The notes under the pieces: generated by a model
The model's input: the letters and a program-made list of their open reading frames with translations, nothing else
Databases searched by the model: none
Told to the model about the DNA's origin: nothing
Translations under genes and position numbers: made by a program
Source of the DNA: the human T2T-CHM13v2.0 reference genome, Homo sapiens
Assembly: GCF_009914755.1 (NCBI RefSeq)
Contig: NC_060925.1
Length of the DNA stretch: 64,000 nt
Strand: one strand, 5' to 3'
Part shown: positions 41,546 to 57,146 of the stretch, piece by piece
Layout of the letters: each line of letters begins with the position of its first letter
Numbering within the stretch: position 1 is the stretch's first letter

Positions 41546-44500
41546 ACAGTTACTGAAGCAACCTCAACTAAAGTTCAGCCTTTACATATAAGAAGGCACT
41601 TCAAATATATTCATATTCATCAGAACTTAAACATACTCATATGGCATATCCACATACACACATATACTATTCAGAATGTACTCATATAATTTAATTTAAT
41701 AAGTTACCTAGTTAAAGGGGTATGTGGCCTAATACAAATTCAATACTGGTTTACCTGTTCCAGAAGCAGTAAAGGTAGTAGTAAAAGTAGCCACAGGAGG
41801 GCAAAGGGAGAAGAGTCTATGTTCAACAGAGAATTTCAGCTGGACAGTGATGAAAAGTCCATATGTTACTGTGCCACCATAAATTATGTTGGAACGAATG
41901 GTCAGGCCCCAAAGGGGTTCCAAAAATAGGTTGAAACTGCTCACACTCTGAAAACAAATTGCCTAAATTCCAATATGAAAAAACAGTGTTCTTGTCATAT
42001 ATTTTCATGTGGCCACTACTGGGTGAAGCTAGGTCTACAGAGATGAAATACAATATGCTTTGGTTTTGAAATTGGAAGTTGTTATTCCATCAAGACACTG
42101 AAATGCAAAAAAATCTGCATGAGTCTAGTGCCTCAAGGCTTAAAGATTCATTATGAAGGAAAGACAAAATGAATGATGGCATGTCAGTTGGCCTGAACCC
42201 TGGAAGTGAACCTGCATTTTGGAGAGATGAAAACCTCAGAAGTCTTACCTTTTAATCATCTCAGGAGTGTGAATTTGAATTATATAATTATTGGTTTATC
42301 TAAATTACATATTTAAGTGATAATAATGGGAAAATCATTAATCAAAAGCAAAAGTACTCAGAGTTTCATTATTATTAACAAGTTCATTTTTCTTAAGGGG
42401 AAACACCAAATCTAGAATGTTAAAAAATAGTTATACGATCATTTCCCTTAAAAGACAGAAAATCAACAGAAAAAAAGTAATAAAAAAACTAAGGGGTTGC
42501 TTAGTTTATAATCTCTATTCAAGATGTCTGTGGTTAATCACCAGGAAAATCAGCTACCTATCAGTAGCTAAATTTGCAATATTTCATTTTAAGAACCTCA
42601 TAATCACAAAATACGTAATTATAGGGGCTTCATAAATGAATACTCAACAGACTCTATTCTGCACTTTAAAAAATTTGGTATACATCTAAGGGAGAACAAT
42701 AAATCCAATCATCACATTTTATTGATTAATTTCATCACAGGACTAAAATGTTGAAGGATCATGTGAATATGGCTTTAAGTCAAACAATGTTCAATTTTGA
42801 CAGAACTGTCACAGGTATATCATTATTGTAATTGTAAGAATATGTATACTAGATATATTAACAATAGCAAAGTATTTAGGGAACATTAAGTAATATTTTA
42901 AGAAAAAATTAAAGTTCCAACACAATTTTTTGTATAGTCTACATTATTGTTTTGAAAATTAAAAGTGGTAAGTTGTATAAAGGAACAATAAATGCATTCT
43001 TATTCAACACAAAAGCCTCACATGATTCAAGGTTTCGATTGTGAGTCAAGTTGCATTAAAATTATTTTCTCATTTGAGAAATCATTTGTCAACAATGGAA
43101 AATATCATTAGCTCAGTTTTGTGAAATACAATGGCATTTTTACATAACTGAAAAGTAACCAAAAGCTTCCAAACAGGGTAGAAATGTTACATTGAACAAC
43201 CAAGAGAGAACCAAACAGTGTAAAGCCATATGGTCCCACAGCATGAAGTGATCAGATACCTGCCTAAAATGATGGACAGCTCTGGCCTAGTGAACAAGCA
43301 AAAAAAATCCCATTTACTTTCGTCCAGATGGGACCAACTGGACGCTTCAGCGCAAACAACTCATCCTTCTTCGGACCTTCTTGTCCAGCTCTTGAGCTAG
43401 CTCCAGCTGATAATGATGAATACCAAGGCTACAGTAAAGTGGGTGACAACAGAAGCCTTGTTATAGCTGCCAGTCTTTCGCTCTTGTCATTATTACACAT
43501 TGAAGATTTATTTGAGTTTATTGTTGTGCACAGGGTCTAGCCATTTGCAATTCATCACCTACTACAGAAAGTTCAAGATAGTGGCCAAAGCTATAATTGC
43601 CACCTCCACCTGCTTCTGGAAATTATGAGGTCACTAGCTAGGGCAACCTCATCCTCACTGAGCTCTGAAAGTCACAGCAGCATGTAGTATGAAATAGGCC
43701 CTATCTGTACTTGAGCATCTCTTGAGATCACATTAATAACACTACATTGCCTGGCAATTGATTAACTTGTATCTATAGTACGACAAACACTAAGAGGTGA
43801 CAGTCACAGGAAAGAAATAATGAAACTATTAAAACTGCCACAATTTGAACATTATTGTTATTATCACAAATGCTGTAGTTACTATGTGTTGATTCAGGAA
43901 TATATATACCCATTGATAAGGCACATTCTTTTATTTAATCTGACATAATCTAATCTTCCAGAAGTCAAACTAGTCTAACTGTAAATCTGTTTTGGAAGTA
44001 GGTGGAATGTAAATCCTATACAAATAATAGTAATATTTTAAAAAACAAGTACTTTGATACTTCTTATATGTTACTACACTGGAGTGTTAGATGAGTTTGA
44101 CTTAGGGAAAAAAGTGAATAATAAAAAACCCCATTCTTTATTTTCAAATTGTCTTTTCTCCCATATTTATCCATTTTATTTTTATAAAGGTACAAACTTT
44201 TCCCTGCAAAATAGTTGGAAAATTTTTTGAGAGCTTTTGCCTGTACTATTGAGCACTCAAGCTTTTACAGACAGTGCTACAAAGAGTAGGAACTTTAAAG
44301 ATTTCCATTCTTCTAAAATACATGAATCACTCATCAGTTTGCTCAGTGTACAGATGGCTTGAAAATTTATGACACCTGAATCTTTCCCTTCTTGGAATTA
44401 TGCCATTACTTTGTTGCCACATTCTCACTGTTAATGGATTTCTAAAACCAAGATTTACTGAGATAGGTATTTTTTGTTCCAGGTCCTCTTTTTAAAAACC

Positions 44501-45439
44501 AACGTGAAAAGTAATGCAGCAAAAGGTAAGCTAGCATCATAATTTAATACAAAACCCCAACTATTTAGAAAGACTGTCTATATCTTATTTTATTCCTCAG
44601 AGTCTAATGATGTTCAATAATTTCATTTTATAAGGTTATAGAGGAATCAAAATTCTAAGTGGGAAGTTTCTGTCTGCAAATTCTTTTACAAGTGGTTTCA
44701 TATACACACTATTGTAGCTTTCTGCCACATTGGCTAAAATGTCAGCTTGAGCAGGACAATTTGCTCCTGCTTGTACGTTAGGGTATGAAGGTTTAGAAGT
44801 TCTGATGTAATTTTACTATTATAGGTTTGGCCTCATTTTGAATCTCACTTTTACTTACTCTCGGGAGCACTGTAAGGTAAAGAAAGAAAAATGTCCATGA
44901 TACTTATTAATCAAATTGTTTCTCAAAAAACATGACAATGACATAACTAACATAAAGCAACATCTCAACCAAGTATTCCAGGTTATCACTTGGTGGAAAG
45001 CTGCAGAGAATTAGACACTGGAAGCCTTTCCAACTTTTCCTCCTCTGCTGATCAGCTCCATAAGAAAGTAGCATACATTTCTAACACCTACACTACACTT
45101 CTCCTTAAAGTTTATGAACATCTGCACTTCACCTTAAAGTTTATGAACTTCTTTCATGTACCTATATCATACAATCTTATGAGGTACGGATTAATACTAC
45201 ACAAATTTTACGGAGGGAGAGACTAAGGCTGAGACATACAGGTCATACTCCAAATTCTTTACTTTGTACTATACAACAGGCAGAACAAAATAGTCAACTT
45301 ATAAATCATTTGAACTGCTCTCTCTTTCTTAATACTGAAAAGAGGTTTGAGATATGTAATGAATGGAATTACATCTTTATAATTTATCCAAGAAAGAAAT
45401 TTTCTTTTTCTTTAAAACATGAATCTAAACCATTAATGG

Positions 45440-47150
45440 GATAGAATAAAAAATACATAAGAAAATCCTAACATCTATTGCTTTGATCCTTTTTAAACTC
45501 TGAAATATAGCTTGTACAGTTAAGTCTGTACAAAAACCACACGAATAGTTTAAGGAGCAGTAACCCAACCCAGGAACTAGAATGTTAACATACTCCAAGT
45601 GTCCCCATTCACCATGCCACATTTATATCTTCCCCCTTCTCTTCGGGGGGCAACCACTACTGTGAATTCTGATTTAATCATTCTCTTTCTATTCATTAGT
45701 TGTTACCACTGGTGTATGTATCCCTAAATAACATTGTTCCATTTTGCCAATCTTTAAACTTTTTATAAATAGAAACAAACTGTATGCATTATTCTGCACT
45801 TGCTCATTTCTTCCAATATTGTACTTTGAGATTTATTAACATTGGTGCATCTAGCTGTAGATCATTTTTACTATTAATATAGTATTCCACTGAATGAATA
45901 TACCACAATTTATCCATTTTCCTGCCAAGAGACATTTATGATTTTTTCATCCAGTTTTATACTATTACAAAGATTGCTACTATGGATATTTTTTACATGC
46001 CTCCTAGCACAAAAGTGCAGAAGTTTCCCTGGGAAATATACATTGTGGGCCATCACAAATTCGTGAGATATGCATTCTTTACTGGCTGGTGCCTTTTTCC
46101 AAAATAGATAAATCAGTGTGTATTCCCAGATACAATGTTTCGGGGAAACCAATGATCCTTACCTTGATAATCATTTGTACTGTCTGTTTTTAATTTTTGC
46201 CAATCTGGTGAAATGCTATCTCACTGTGACTTTAATTACAGTTTCCTACTTTCTAATTAAGTTGAACACATATCATGTTTATAGATCAGTTGTGTTTCTT
46301 CTTTTGTGAAATATTCGTTCTTTACTTTCGCTCATCTTTCTGCTAAGTGTTTATTTTTCATTTGAAAAAGCCACTCCCAGTCTGTGGCTCGGTATGTGTG
46401 TGCTGTTTCTCTCTCTTTACATCTTTTAAAAATGTCAAGTTGGCCGGGTGCGGTGGTTCACGCCTGTAATCCCAGCACTTTGGGAGGCCAAGGCGGGTGG
46501 ATCACCTGAGGTCAGGAGTTTCAGACCAGCCTGGCTAACGTGGTGAAACCCCGTCTCTACTAAAAATACAAAAATTGGCTGGGCGTGGTGGCGGGTGCCT
46601 GCAATCCCAGCTATTCAGGTAGCTTGGGCAGGAATACTGCTTAAACCCAGGAGGTGGAGGTTGCAGTAAGGTGAGATCACACACCACTGTACTCCAGCCT
46701 GGGCAACAAGAGTGAAACCCCATCTCAAAAAAAAAAAAAAAAAAAAAAATTCCGTTCATTTTAATGTGGTTTAATTTAACAGTCTTTTCCTCTATAAACT
46801 TTTTTGTTCTACTTAAAAATTCTTTGCCTTGAGGTCATAGAGTTGTTCTCCGATATTTGTTCAAAAATGTTGTAGCACATTTCTGTATTAAACCCACTTG
46901 GAATCAATTTTTGTATGTGCTATCAGATAGAGATTCCAACTTCATTTCACCCTACATGGATAACTGATTATCTCTTCATCCTTGATTAAAAAGTCTATCC
47001 TTTTCCCACTGATCTATAATATTACCTTTGTCATATGTCAGATGACACTATTTGAGTGCTTTTGCTTTGGACTCCTTGTTCTGTTCCACTTGTTTATTTT
47101 TCTATCCCTGCACCGATACTATACTGCCCATTAATGTATCTTTCATAAGA
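45440..47150 (-). mobile_element. Ancient L1M(E)-type fragment interrupted by an Alu
   Basis: tagtattccactgaatgaatataccacaatttatccattttcctg; tttgccaatctggtgaaatgctatctcactgtgactttaatt; ttacctttgtcatatgtc. Confidence 0.8.
46442..46749 (+). mobile_element. AluS (Sq-like) nested in L1M
   Basis: Full Alu with poly-A. Confidence 0.95.
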
Positions 47151-47983
47151 TGAAATTTTGAATTCCTAAAACTTTTCAGTACATGACCATCATACCGTAA
47201 AATAAGCAGAAGTAAACTTTATTGCCATTTAACAAGTTAATAAGCTGAAGACACAAGTTAATCTGTAAAACGCTTCTGAATCATGATCCACATCTTACGA
47301 TTTTCAAACCATTAATTTTTTTAACCCCCTGACTTTTTCAAAGCATTTTCATGTAATTTCATCAATCTTGAATTTAAAATGATACTAAATTTATATAATG
47401 GCTTCATATTATTGTAGAAAAACCACATGTTTTGAAATCACATGCACAAAAAAATAATTAGAAACAGGGCTCTAAAAAGACTGGCTGCATAATCTTGAAC
47501 AAATCATTCACCTCTCTGAGGCTAATGTCACCTCATCTGTACAGTGTTGATAACCACTGTCCTGAAGGGTTTCTGTGTGTAACAGAGGTAATATATTTAA
47601 ACACTTAACACCATGCTTGAAATGTAGTGTATACTAAATAAATATTTTGACACTGAATACATGTGAACTCATGTATCTTTTACTAACAGGGCTCTTAATC
47701 TAACATTAAACAACAATGGAATCAAACACGGAAGGTACAAATTTCATGATCTTTTGTTGTAATAAAGTGTCTCACAAAGCCTTTATGTAGACTACATGCA
47801 TCCAACTGATTACGAAAAAGTCAAGAACCAATCTAAGAAGTCCACAAGCCATCCTGCCAGCCAATCCCTATTCTTTAGCATCGAGGTGTTTAAATTAAAT
47901 TCTGGTACGTTCCCTGTTTAGACTTCCTATATTCCACCCCATCAAAACTCAAACAAGTTGTGGTCATCATTAAAACAAAACAA

Positions 47984-48130
47984 GGCCTGGAGTGGTGGCT
48001 CGCACCTGTAATCCCAGCACTTTGGGAGGCCAAGGTGGGAGGAGCACTTGAGGCCAGGAGTTGAGAGCAGCCTGGGCAACAGAGTGAGACCTGTTCTACA
48101 AAAGGTTTTAAAAAATAAAATAATAATAAT
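47984..48130 (+). mobile_element. Alu monomer (FLAM-like)
   Basis: Single arm with A-rich tail; TSD aaaacaaaacaa/aaaacataacaa. Confidence 0.85.
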
Positions 48131-49186
48131 AAAACATAACAAAAGACCACAATGAATCAAAGTTAAGGCAAAAGCCTAGAAGTCATCCCTGACTACTACT
48201 CCTTTTTGCTTCTTCCAACTATACTTGGTAGGCAACAAATCAAGTGGGTCTACCATACTCACTAATTCTCCCTGCAGCAAATATCCCCCTTCAGGCCCCC
48301 ATTATCACTTTTCAAGTTCCTCACACTCAACTGACCACACGGCTCTAAATATTCCCCACTGCCTCAGGAATATGTATAATAATATTAATTTAAACAAATA
48401 ATTAAACAATTAATTAAAAATGGCACCAAATCTTCTCGGATGTTACAATAAAATCCTATAAAAACATATTTGTTTTATAGCTCAGAAAAGTGAGGCATGA
48501 AGAGGTTAGATGGCATGTGTAGAGCTTTACGTACTAGATCTAGAATTCAAACCAGATCAGCTAAGGCCAAAAGATACCTCTCAAACACTATACTATGCCA
48601 TGGATCACGACTCATTCTAAAGCATAAACATATCACCCCCTGCAAAAAAAAAAAATCCTTCAAAAGATACCGAGGAAAGATCAGATTCTAGATATCTTTT
48701 CAATATAGAGCCTTCAACGGCCCCTCCATACCTGTGACATAAAAAATCAAACTCCTTTTTCTACTACTCCATTGAGAGCTGGCTACAGTCCTATTTCTCA
48801 CTATCACCCACCTTGCCCTCTTCTCTCCATGCTTAACAAAGGACTATCATTACCCTCATCTTATGGCATTACAAACATATAAGCTAGCTTAAGGAAATGG
48901 AAAAAAGGAAGGGTAGAAACACTGAAAAGCAGGCAAGGTGAAAGCAAAAGGGAGGGTGATCCCAAGAGAGCCCAAGCCTGGTTGAGAATGAATGAGAAAG
49001 AGAGCAGGTGAGCCTGAGAGACAGCAAGTGAGCCCCAGCCCAGTTCAGGGAGAAACCAGAGATTGAGCTGGGCTAAAGACAGACACCACAACAAGTGAGA
49101 GCCCAAAAATGCTTGAGAGAGACAGCCTATGAACCCATTAGCACACACAAGAAAGAGAGACAGAGATCAAGAGACACAAAAATCCA

Positions 49187-49189
<3 letters not shown>

Positions 49190-49217
<28 letters not shown>
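49190..49217. repeat. (GA)~13 microsatellite
   Basis: Seen directly. Confidence 0.9.
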
Positions 49218-49256
49218 GTCTATACCCCTCACTCTCCCACATCAGGCTATTCTAGG

Positions 49257-49459
49257 CTTGGTTCAAGCGATTCTCCTGCCTCAGCCTCCCAAGTAGCTGG
49301 GAGTACAGGCACACGCCACCATGCCTGGCTAATTTTTGTATTTTTAGTGGAGATGGGGTTTCACCATGTTGGCCAGGATGGTCTCGATCTCCTGACCTCA
49401 GCCACTGCCTTGGCCTCCCAAAGTGTTGGGATTACAGGTGTGAGCCACCATGCCCGGCC
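49257..49459 (-). mobile_element. Partial AluS lacking its 3' ~85 nt and tail
   Basis: Begins abruptly at ggttcaagcgattctcc; no poly-T. Confidence 0.9.
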
Positions 49460-49972
49460 AGAATGCCTTTTATTCTTCCTCTCCACCTCATTTTCCTGGT
49501 TACTCGTGTTTGTTTTGCAAGGCTCAGCTTAAGAAGCTTGTACTCCAAGAGCCTTGCCTACATCCACCTTGTGAGTGCATGCTACTTGTCCTTCCTCGCT
49601 ATACCCACAGTATCCTATTCCTTGTATGTTATCACAGCTCTGAGCAAATGGTTTTGGAAGTCACTGTTTGACTTTCTTCATCATTTAACTCCTCAGGGGT
49701 ATTTGTTTTCCTCTTTGCTCATCAGTGTCTTGCAAATAGTGGGGCTCAATACATGTTGAATGAATGAAAAAACCCAGTTTTTCCATTTCTGCACAAACAC
49801 TTTCCAAATATAATAAAATGCAGCAGCCAATTCTCACCTATATATACTTTCTTGAACACATTTTGCCTTAAGGTTATCAAATAAAACATTAAGTGAATAT
49901 GCAAACTTCAAACATTCGGAATATAATGGCCCAACAATTATGAACCTCCAATTCTGTAGGTGCTTCATTTAC

Positions 49973-50130
49973 AGCAGAATTTCTCAACCCCTGCATGATT
50001 GACATCTGGGGCCAGGTTAATTCTTTGCTGTGGGAGACTGGTGTGTACACAGGATGCTTAGCAGCATCCCAGGACTCTTCCAACTGGAAGTTAGTAGCAT
50101 TCCCAACCCTGTTTTAACAACAAAGAATGA
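49973..50130 (+). mobile_element. MER20 (hAT-Charlie)
   Basis: tttctcaaccc...attgacatctggggccaggttaattctttgctgtggg...aggatgcttagcagcatccc. Confidence 0.85.
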
Positions 50131-51869
50131 CTGTCTGTCTCCCATGGCGGTTATATTTTCTTCAGGTACTAATCAGTTAAAGTTTTCATTTTTCACTTTC
50201 TCTGTGTAAGATGGCACTATTTTAAGATTTTAACTTTAAAAGTTGGCATAGACAGTGGTAAGTGTTATTTAATGGGGTAGGGAAGAAGGATGCTCAGTTA
50301 GTCCTAATTTCATTTGAAAAGGTAAGGGAATACTCAAAGTTTAAAAATAAACAGTTTTGATAATGTGAGTAATTCCATTCACTTCTGGAAAACAAACAGA
50401 CAAACAAACAGACAAAAACAAAGAAAGAAAAGACCTCTATACTATTTGTGCATTATTTACACCTTCCTGAAATGCTGCAGTTTTCAAAGTCACTTCTGCA
50501 ATACACTTGGTTTTTCCTTGAATGCAGAATCAAACCAGACATTTAAAATTACAACTCAACATGAGGGTCAATAACTGCATCTGCTACAAAACTTAATAAA
50601 ATAATCATAAACACCATTGCTTTGCTGACAGGAGGAGCTCTGGTGTCACTAAAACTGAAGAAAAGGTTTATCTAAAAACATACGCACAGCAGTTACTGAG
50701 ATAAAATCACACTTGGAGAATAAAAAACTGAAAAATAGGTGACACTTCAAGCAGCGAGAAGATGTATGATGACGTTTGTCATCGAGGTGTGTGTGTGTAT
50801 TTAATGCATTTTAGGCAAGCCCACCATATTCAGTAGAAACTCCTTCTCTTTTTAACTGCACAAAATAATCCTGTTTATTCTTTTCAAACTTTGATTTGTG
50901 CCAAGTTCATTTTCAAAACGGTGTCTTCACACATCGGTATTTCCTCTTCTGCCAATGGTCTTTTCCCCACTTTCCTCTGAGATAAATGTGGTTATCTAGA
51001 GCCTGGCTCACTGAAAGTCTGAGTGACCTACAGACTTTCAGAAACCAGATCATCACCACTGTTTTCATCCCTTGACAAGTGCAAGAAGTAGAGGAGAAAC
51101 ATGGGGTACACAGCTCACAGACACTCTCCTCTGCAGGGTATGATTAGGTACCTGCCTTGCTTCTGAACGGACCCAAAGGATCTCTAACAGGCAATGGCAA
51201 GCCCTTAAGGATAGAAAAATTATTCTCTCTGGGGACTGGTTCTAGTTTGTGTTTTCTCAAGCAGGTATACTGGAATTTCAAGGAAGAATATCTCTCTTCA
51301 ATCAGGCATGCCAAGTTCTGAACATACCTGAGCATACAACTTTTCTCCTTTCTACCACCAAAGCCCCGCAGTGCAAGAAAACTATCACCACACTAGTGCC
51401 CCAGCAGTCAAGATCAACCTTAGCAATTCCAAATGATCTGAAAAGTACTCCAGTGCTTGGGGAGGAGACAAGTGGCTTAGAAATACTACTGAAATTAACA
51501 CGGAATGCCCCCCTCCCTTTTTTAAAACACAGCATTGGGTTTATTAACTTCATAAACAGGTGTAAACAGAGGTCTAGGAATAATGTTACATGGAGTAGAG
51601 CATATTATTTTGTAACTTTTTCGGCAGGAAAATTTTCCTAATAAAAATCTTGCTTGGAACCTTAAGGCTAAGTGAATTACTATGATGGCAGGCTGGATTC
51701 CTATCCTCTTACCCATGCCTTGGCACCTTCACTAGGCCTGAGGCAACTTATGGGAATCAAGGGCTTCATGGAACACAGTTGGAAAACTACTAGGACAGAG
51801 AAACACTGATCAAGAAAATATGGGGCTTGGTTTTAAGGATAGAAAGAGAAATTAACAAAGACGAGGGCA

Positions 51870-52195
51870 ACAACAATGAACCTAGAGTGAAAAGATCCAG
51901 ATGTGAACCACACTGTACATTTACCAGTGGTCTAATCTGAAACAAGTTTTCGGCTCACTGAGCTTCCATATTATCATTAATAAACTGGAGATAGACACAT
52001 ATGTTCAAACCACAGGGTTTGCTTAGTATCATGAGTCACTTACTAGCAATGTGATCCTGAATAACTCACTTAACATCTCTGCACTTTGGTTTCTTCATCT
52101 GTTAAAACGGGATAATACTCTCTAATTCATGCAGTTGTTGTAAAGGTTAACTAAGACACTTGGCACCCAAAAAAACAGTACAGATCAGCTATTCT
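51870..52195 (+). mobile_element. MIR fragments
   Basis: tcacttactagcaatgtgatcctgaataactcacttaacatctctgcactttggtttcttcatctgttaaaacggg. Confidence 0.75.
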
Positions 52196-53030
52196 TCCTA
52201 CTCTTTTCTAGTAGTAAACTTTGAAAACTTTAACAGTACTATGAAATATTGGGCAACACACTATTTTTGTTCTATGAATAAACTTCTGTTGTTATTGCTA
52301 TTGTTAATGACTTTGGACAAGTTTGCTAAGTTGCTATGGGGTTTCTATTCACTCCAAACTACACTTGGACTCCAAAGTACCCAGTTGTCTGGTATTTATT
52401 CTCAAATTTAGACTATCCCACAAGTAAAGGTAATATCCGTTCCTACTAGCCTAGCTTAACATCCCTAGCTTGAATTCCTTTGCAGAATTTTGCATTAAGC
52501 CAGAAGATTCTCCAATGGAGCAACAATTTATCTTGTAGTTATACAGCCACTATTAGGTCTTTTCCTTGAAGTAATGAATTGCATCTAGTATATATTCAGG
52601 AACCTTAAAAACTACAAAAAATAGTTATACTGCTCAACCCTTCAAACTTCAAATAAATAAAAAATCATACTATATAAAATGCTGCCTCCTCATGGACTGA
52701 GCCAAAATTAATAAAACTGGTTCTATGGTAAACAAACATCTTTTTTTCTACTGAGACCTACCATGATAGTGAGACAGAAAAAACCTAGAGGTTAATGAGT
52801 TCAGTCCTATATATCCACAAGAAAGAAATCTAAGTAAGAATTTGATTGACATTGATAAAGAAATAAGGTACATTTTCCTATTATTTGATGCTGACATCCT
52901 ATTTTCAATACCTAAAAAAGCTTAAACTTCCAGAAATTAAAACAGGAGAGAAATAATTTTTGACCCAACATAACTATAATGCTCTACAAAGTAAAAAGAA
53001 AACAAATATTGCTATCTCTAACTACAGTTA

Positions 53031-53448
<418 letters not shown>

Positions 53449-55106
53449 TTACTCAAAGAGTTCAAAAAGTTTCTTTAATATCTTACTCGAAGTCCGATAA
53501 AAATCATCACTTAAAAAAAGGGTAACATTATTTGCAAATTGAGCAAGAGGACCAGATGATAGCCATATATAATCAGTTGTCACCTTGCAGCTCAATTAGT
53601 CCTCATGTAAAAACGAGGCATGTAAGGAGAAATGAGGTTTTGACATTATCTCTGCCAGCAAGATAATTACACAGCCTTCATTTAACAGTAGGGCAACACT
53701 ACTGTAGCAACAAATTAACTCAGCTCCATTTGCAATTCATGGTGTGTTTTCTCATTTAATACCATTTGTCTTACCCCAAGTGAATGTTTCCATTAGTTTT
53801 CTCCGGCACGGCAAATACTCCGTTTGACTCCACACATTACATCACCGAGTCAAGGCTTACCTTCCAGCAACTCTTTGAAAACATACTCAAAATGCAACAG
53901 AATGTCCCATTTTTTTCCATTTCAGCTACAACTTTTTTTCTGGTTTATGGCCAAATAATACAGCAGGTGTATGTGTGTTGAACAACCAAGGACACGAAAT
54001 TCCCCATGGCTACAATCTATTTCAGAAGTGTCTGCTTCTTTCATTAAGAAAAATCAAGAAAGAAACAAATATCAGTGAAATCCTAACTTGGGTACAACCA
54101 TATATTAAGTTATTAATACATTTCCATAATGCATACTTTAGGAAAGACAAAAACGTGCTGCTGGCTCTAAGTGTTAAGTTTTTAGATATCATAGTCTAAA
54201 AAAAATGACTGCGATCTCATTTATTTCCTTTACAAATATTACATTAAATACTTTTGTTCTGCCTCTCAAACTAGACATCATTGAGGAGAGTTGAAAAAGA
54301 AGAAGCAGAATGTTTAAACAGTGCTGAGCACAAAAAACAGGAACTGGTGGGCTCCTGTGTTGTCATGAATAGGCTGATCAACAAATTTTACATTCAACTC
54401 TAAAAGGTAATGCTAATTTGACTAATGATTTATTATTTGAGATTTTAGTCACTGAATTATTCACTACTGGCAATACAAAAGGCCCTAAATGTTCTAAGAA
54501 CCTCAAGTCCCTGGAATTCCTTTAGTCCAACGCTTAAATCTATATATAAAATACTGATTTTCAAACATGCAAATGTATAAGGGCAAGTGCATTTATTTAT
54601 AGTCAATGTACATTAAGAGAAAAAAAGAAAACTTAATACTTTGTATTTGTATTTGTAACTGAATACAGAAAAATTCCTAAGTAGAGAAATTCAATTTTTT
54701 AAAATAAACAGTTATTATTCTTTACGAAATTTAAGGAAATTCCTGAAAAGAAAAACAATACTTTCCAGGAGTTTTATTTCACTTATCATAATAGTGATGA
54801 GCAAAAACAGGCATGGACAACTGTATTATTTTATACTCTTAAAAGAATTAGGAAAACATACATATGCATGCATTTCACACACAGATTCATTGCTACATGG
54901 TTACTTTAACACTGTAAACTGGCAAATGAGTATCCATGATGTGTGAGGTTTCTTTTTCTTTTTTGTAACTATTAAGACAATTCATCAACATCTCCACACT
55001 TTCAGGCAACCAAGTGTTCTAAGGAATATATTTAAGGCTTGAAACTTAACGTATAAATAAAACGTATATAAAAAAAGTTCTATGCTTTTCTGTGCGATCC
55101 AACCTA

Positions 55107-55559
<453 letters not shown>

Positions 55560-56356
55560 TCAGCTGAAGCAATTCAAATACAGAAAAAAGATATAAAATA
55601 AAGATATTGAAAAGTTAAAACTTCCTTTTGTGCTCACTTGTCCTTACCAATTGAATATTCATCCTATGCTGTGGGAAGGGTAAACTCCTTAATCTTTAGA
55701 TGTTCTTCTATCATTAGGTCTAAAACTGCATATGTATCACTATTACAGATCTCCTTTTTGTATACTGAATTAATTCATTACACACAAATATGACAGGCAC
55801 AGCATTATTAATTTTTTATATACAGTTCATACAAATCAATACATGGGCAAAAGATATGAATGAATATCACATCCAGTATATGAAAAATTAACTCATCAAT
55901 CCAATTATTAATGAAACATATGGAAAATATCCATTCCTTTGTTTACTTTCCTTCATTATTCTTCTAACCAGTTTGATCACTTTGGGAAAGATCAAGAAAG
56001 CATGCATCCAAAAGTGACATTTAAATTAACACTTAAAGGATGAGTACAAATTACCTTAAAAGTATGTTAAAATATGCAGTTGAAATATTGAGATTACATT
56101 TTTGAATTTAATACAAAAGTAGACAGTTAAAATAGAATATAGACTGTTTTGCTACTGTGGCAGTTTTACTCTTAACAAACTTCACAATTTTAAAAATGAT
56201 ATTAAAACTATTGTTTCAATGAGAAACTTGTGGTTGGAAAATTAGGCTTTTAGACTCATAATAACAGTTATTTTCAGGCAAACAGTTAATAGTAAAAGGT
56301 TTTTTTATGGCTATGAATGTACAACTAAAACATCACTCAGCAAATATAACTTCTGG

Positions 56357-56657
<301 letters not shown>

Positions 56658-57146
56658 TAAATATAGCTCTTACTTACATCTACCATTTGCTTAAGAGTAT
56701 TGGCCCTTCTTTTCTAATTCATGATTAGCATTACCATTAATGTAATGTCTTATACATTTTGAAAATCATCTATGATAAAGCACAAAGCCACTAAAACAAT
56801 GCAACTGTAAAGTACGTGCAAGCACACTACCTTAGCTGGTTCTCAGTGCAAATTTTGTTCCCTTATATCTGATTTGCTTTATGAACACACAGACATAATG
56901 CAGGAGAAATGCCCATATGTAATGGTGAGGACTGTCTGATGTTTCTGTAAGAGTTATCTAGACACCGTTCATAAACTGGTATAAGCCTTCTGGCTTTAAA
57001 TATTTAAGAATATTTACAGTTTTCAACAAAGTAATTCTATTGAAGTAACTCATGCTAAGGAAATAATTTTATACCTGTGCATGCCTTGTGCGTGTCTCAG
57101 AAAGGAAAATCTCATTCACCAAAATGTTCATCAAAACATTATTTAT

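Noticed and set aside
51249-51641. 130-aa plus-strand ORF (also the 116-aa ORF at 23754-24104)
   Set aside because: Non-ATG starts, no recognisable domain and no exon structure; expected by chance.
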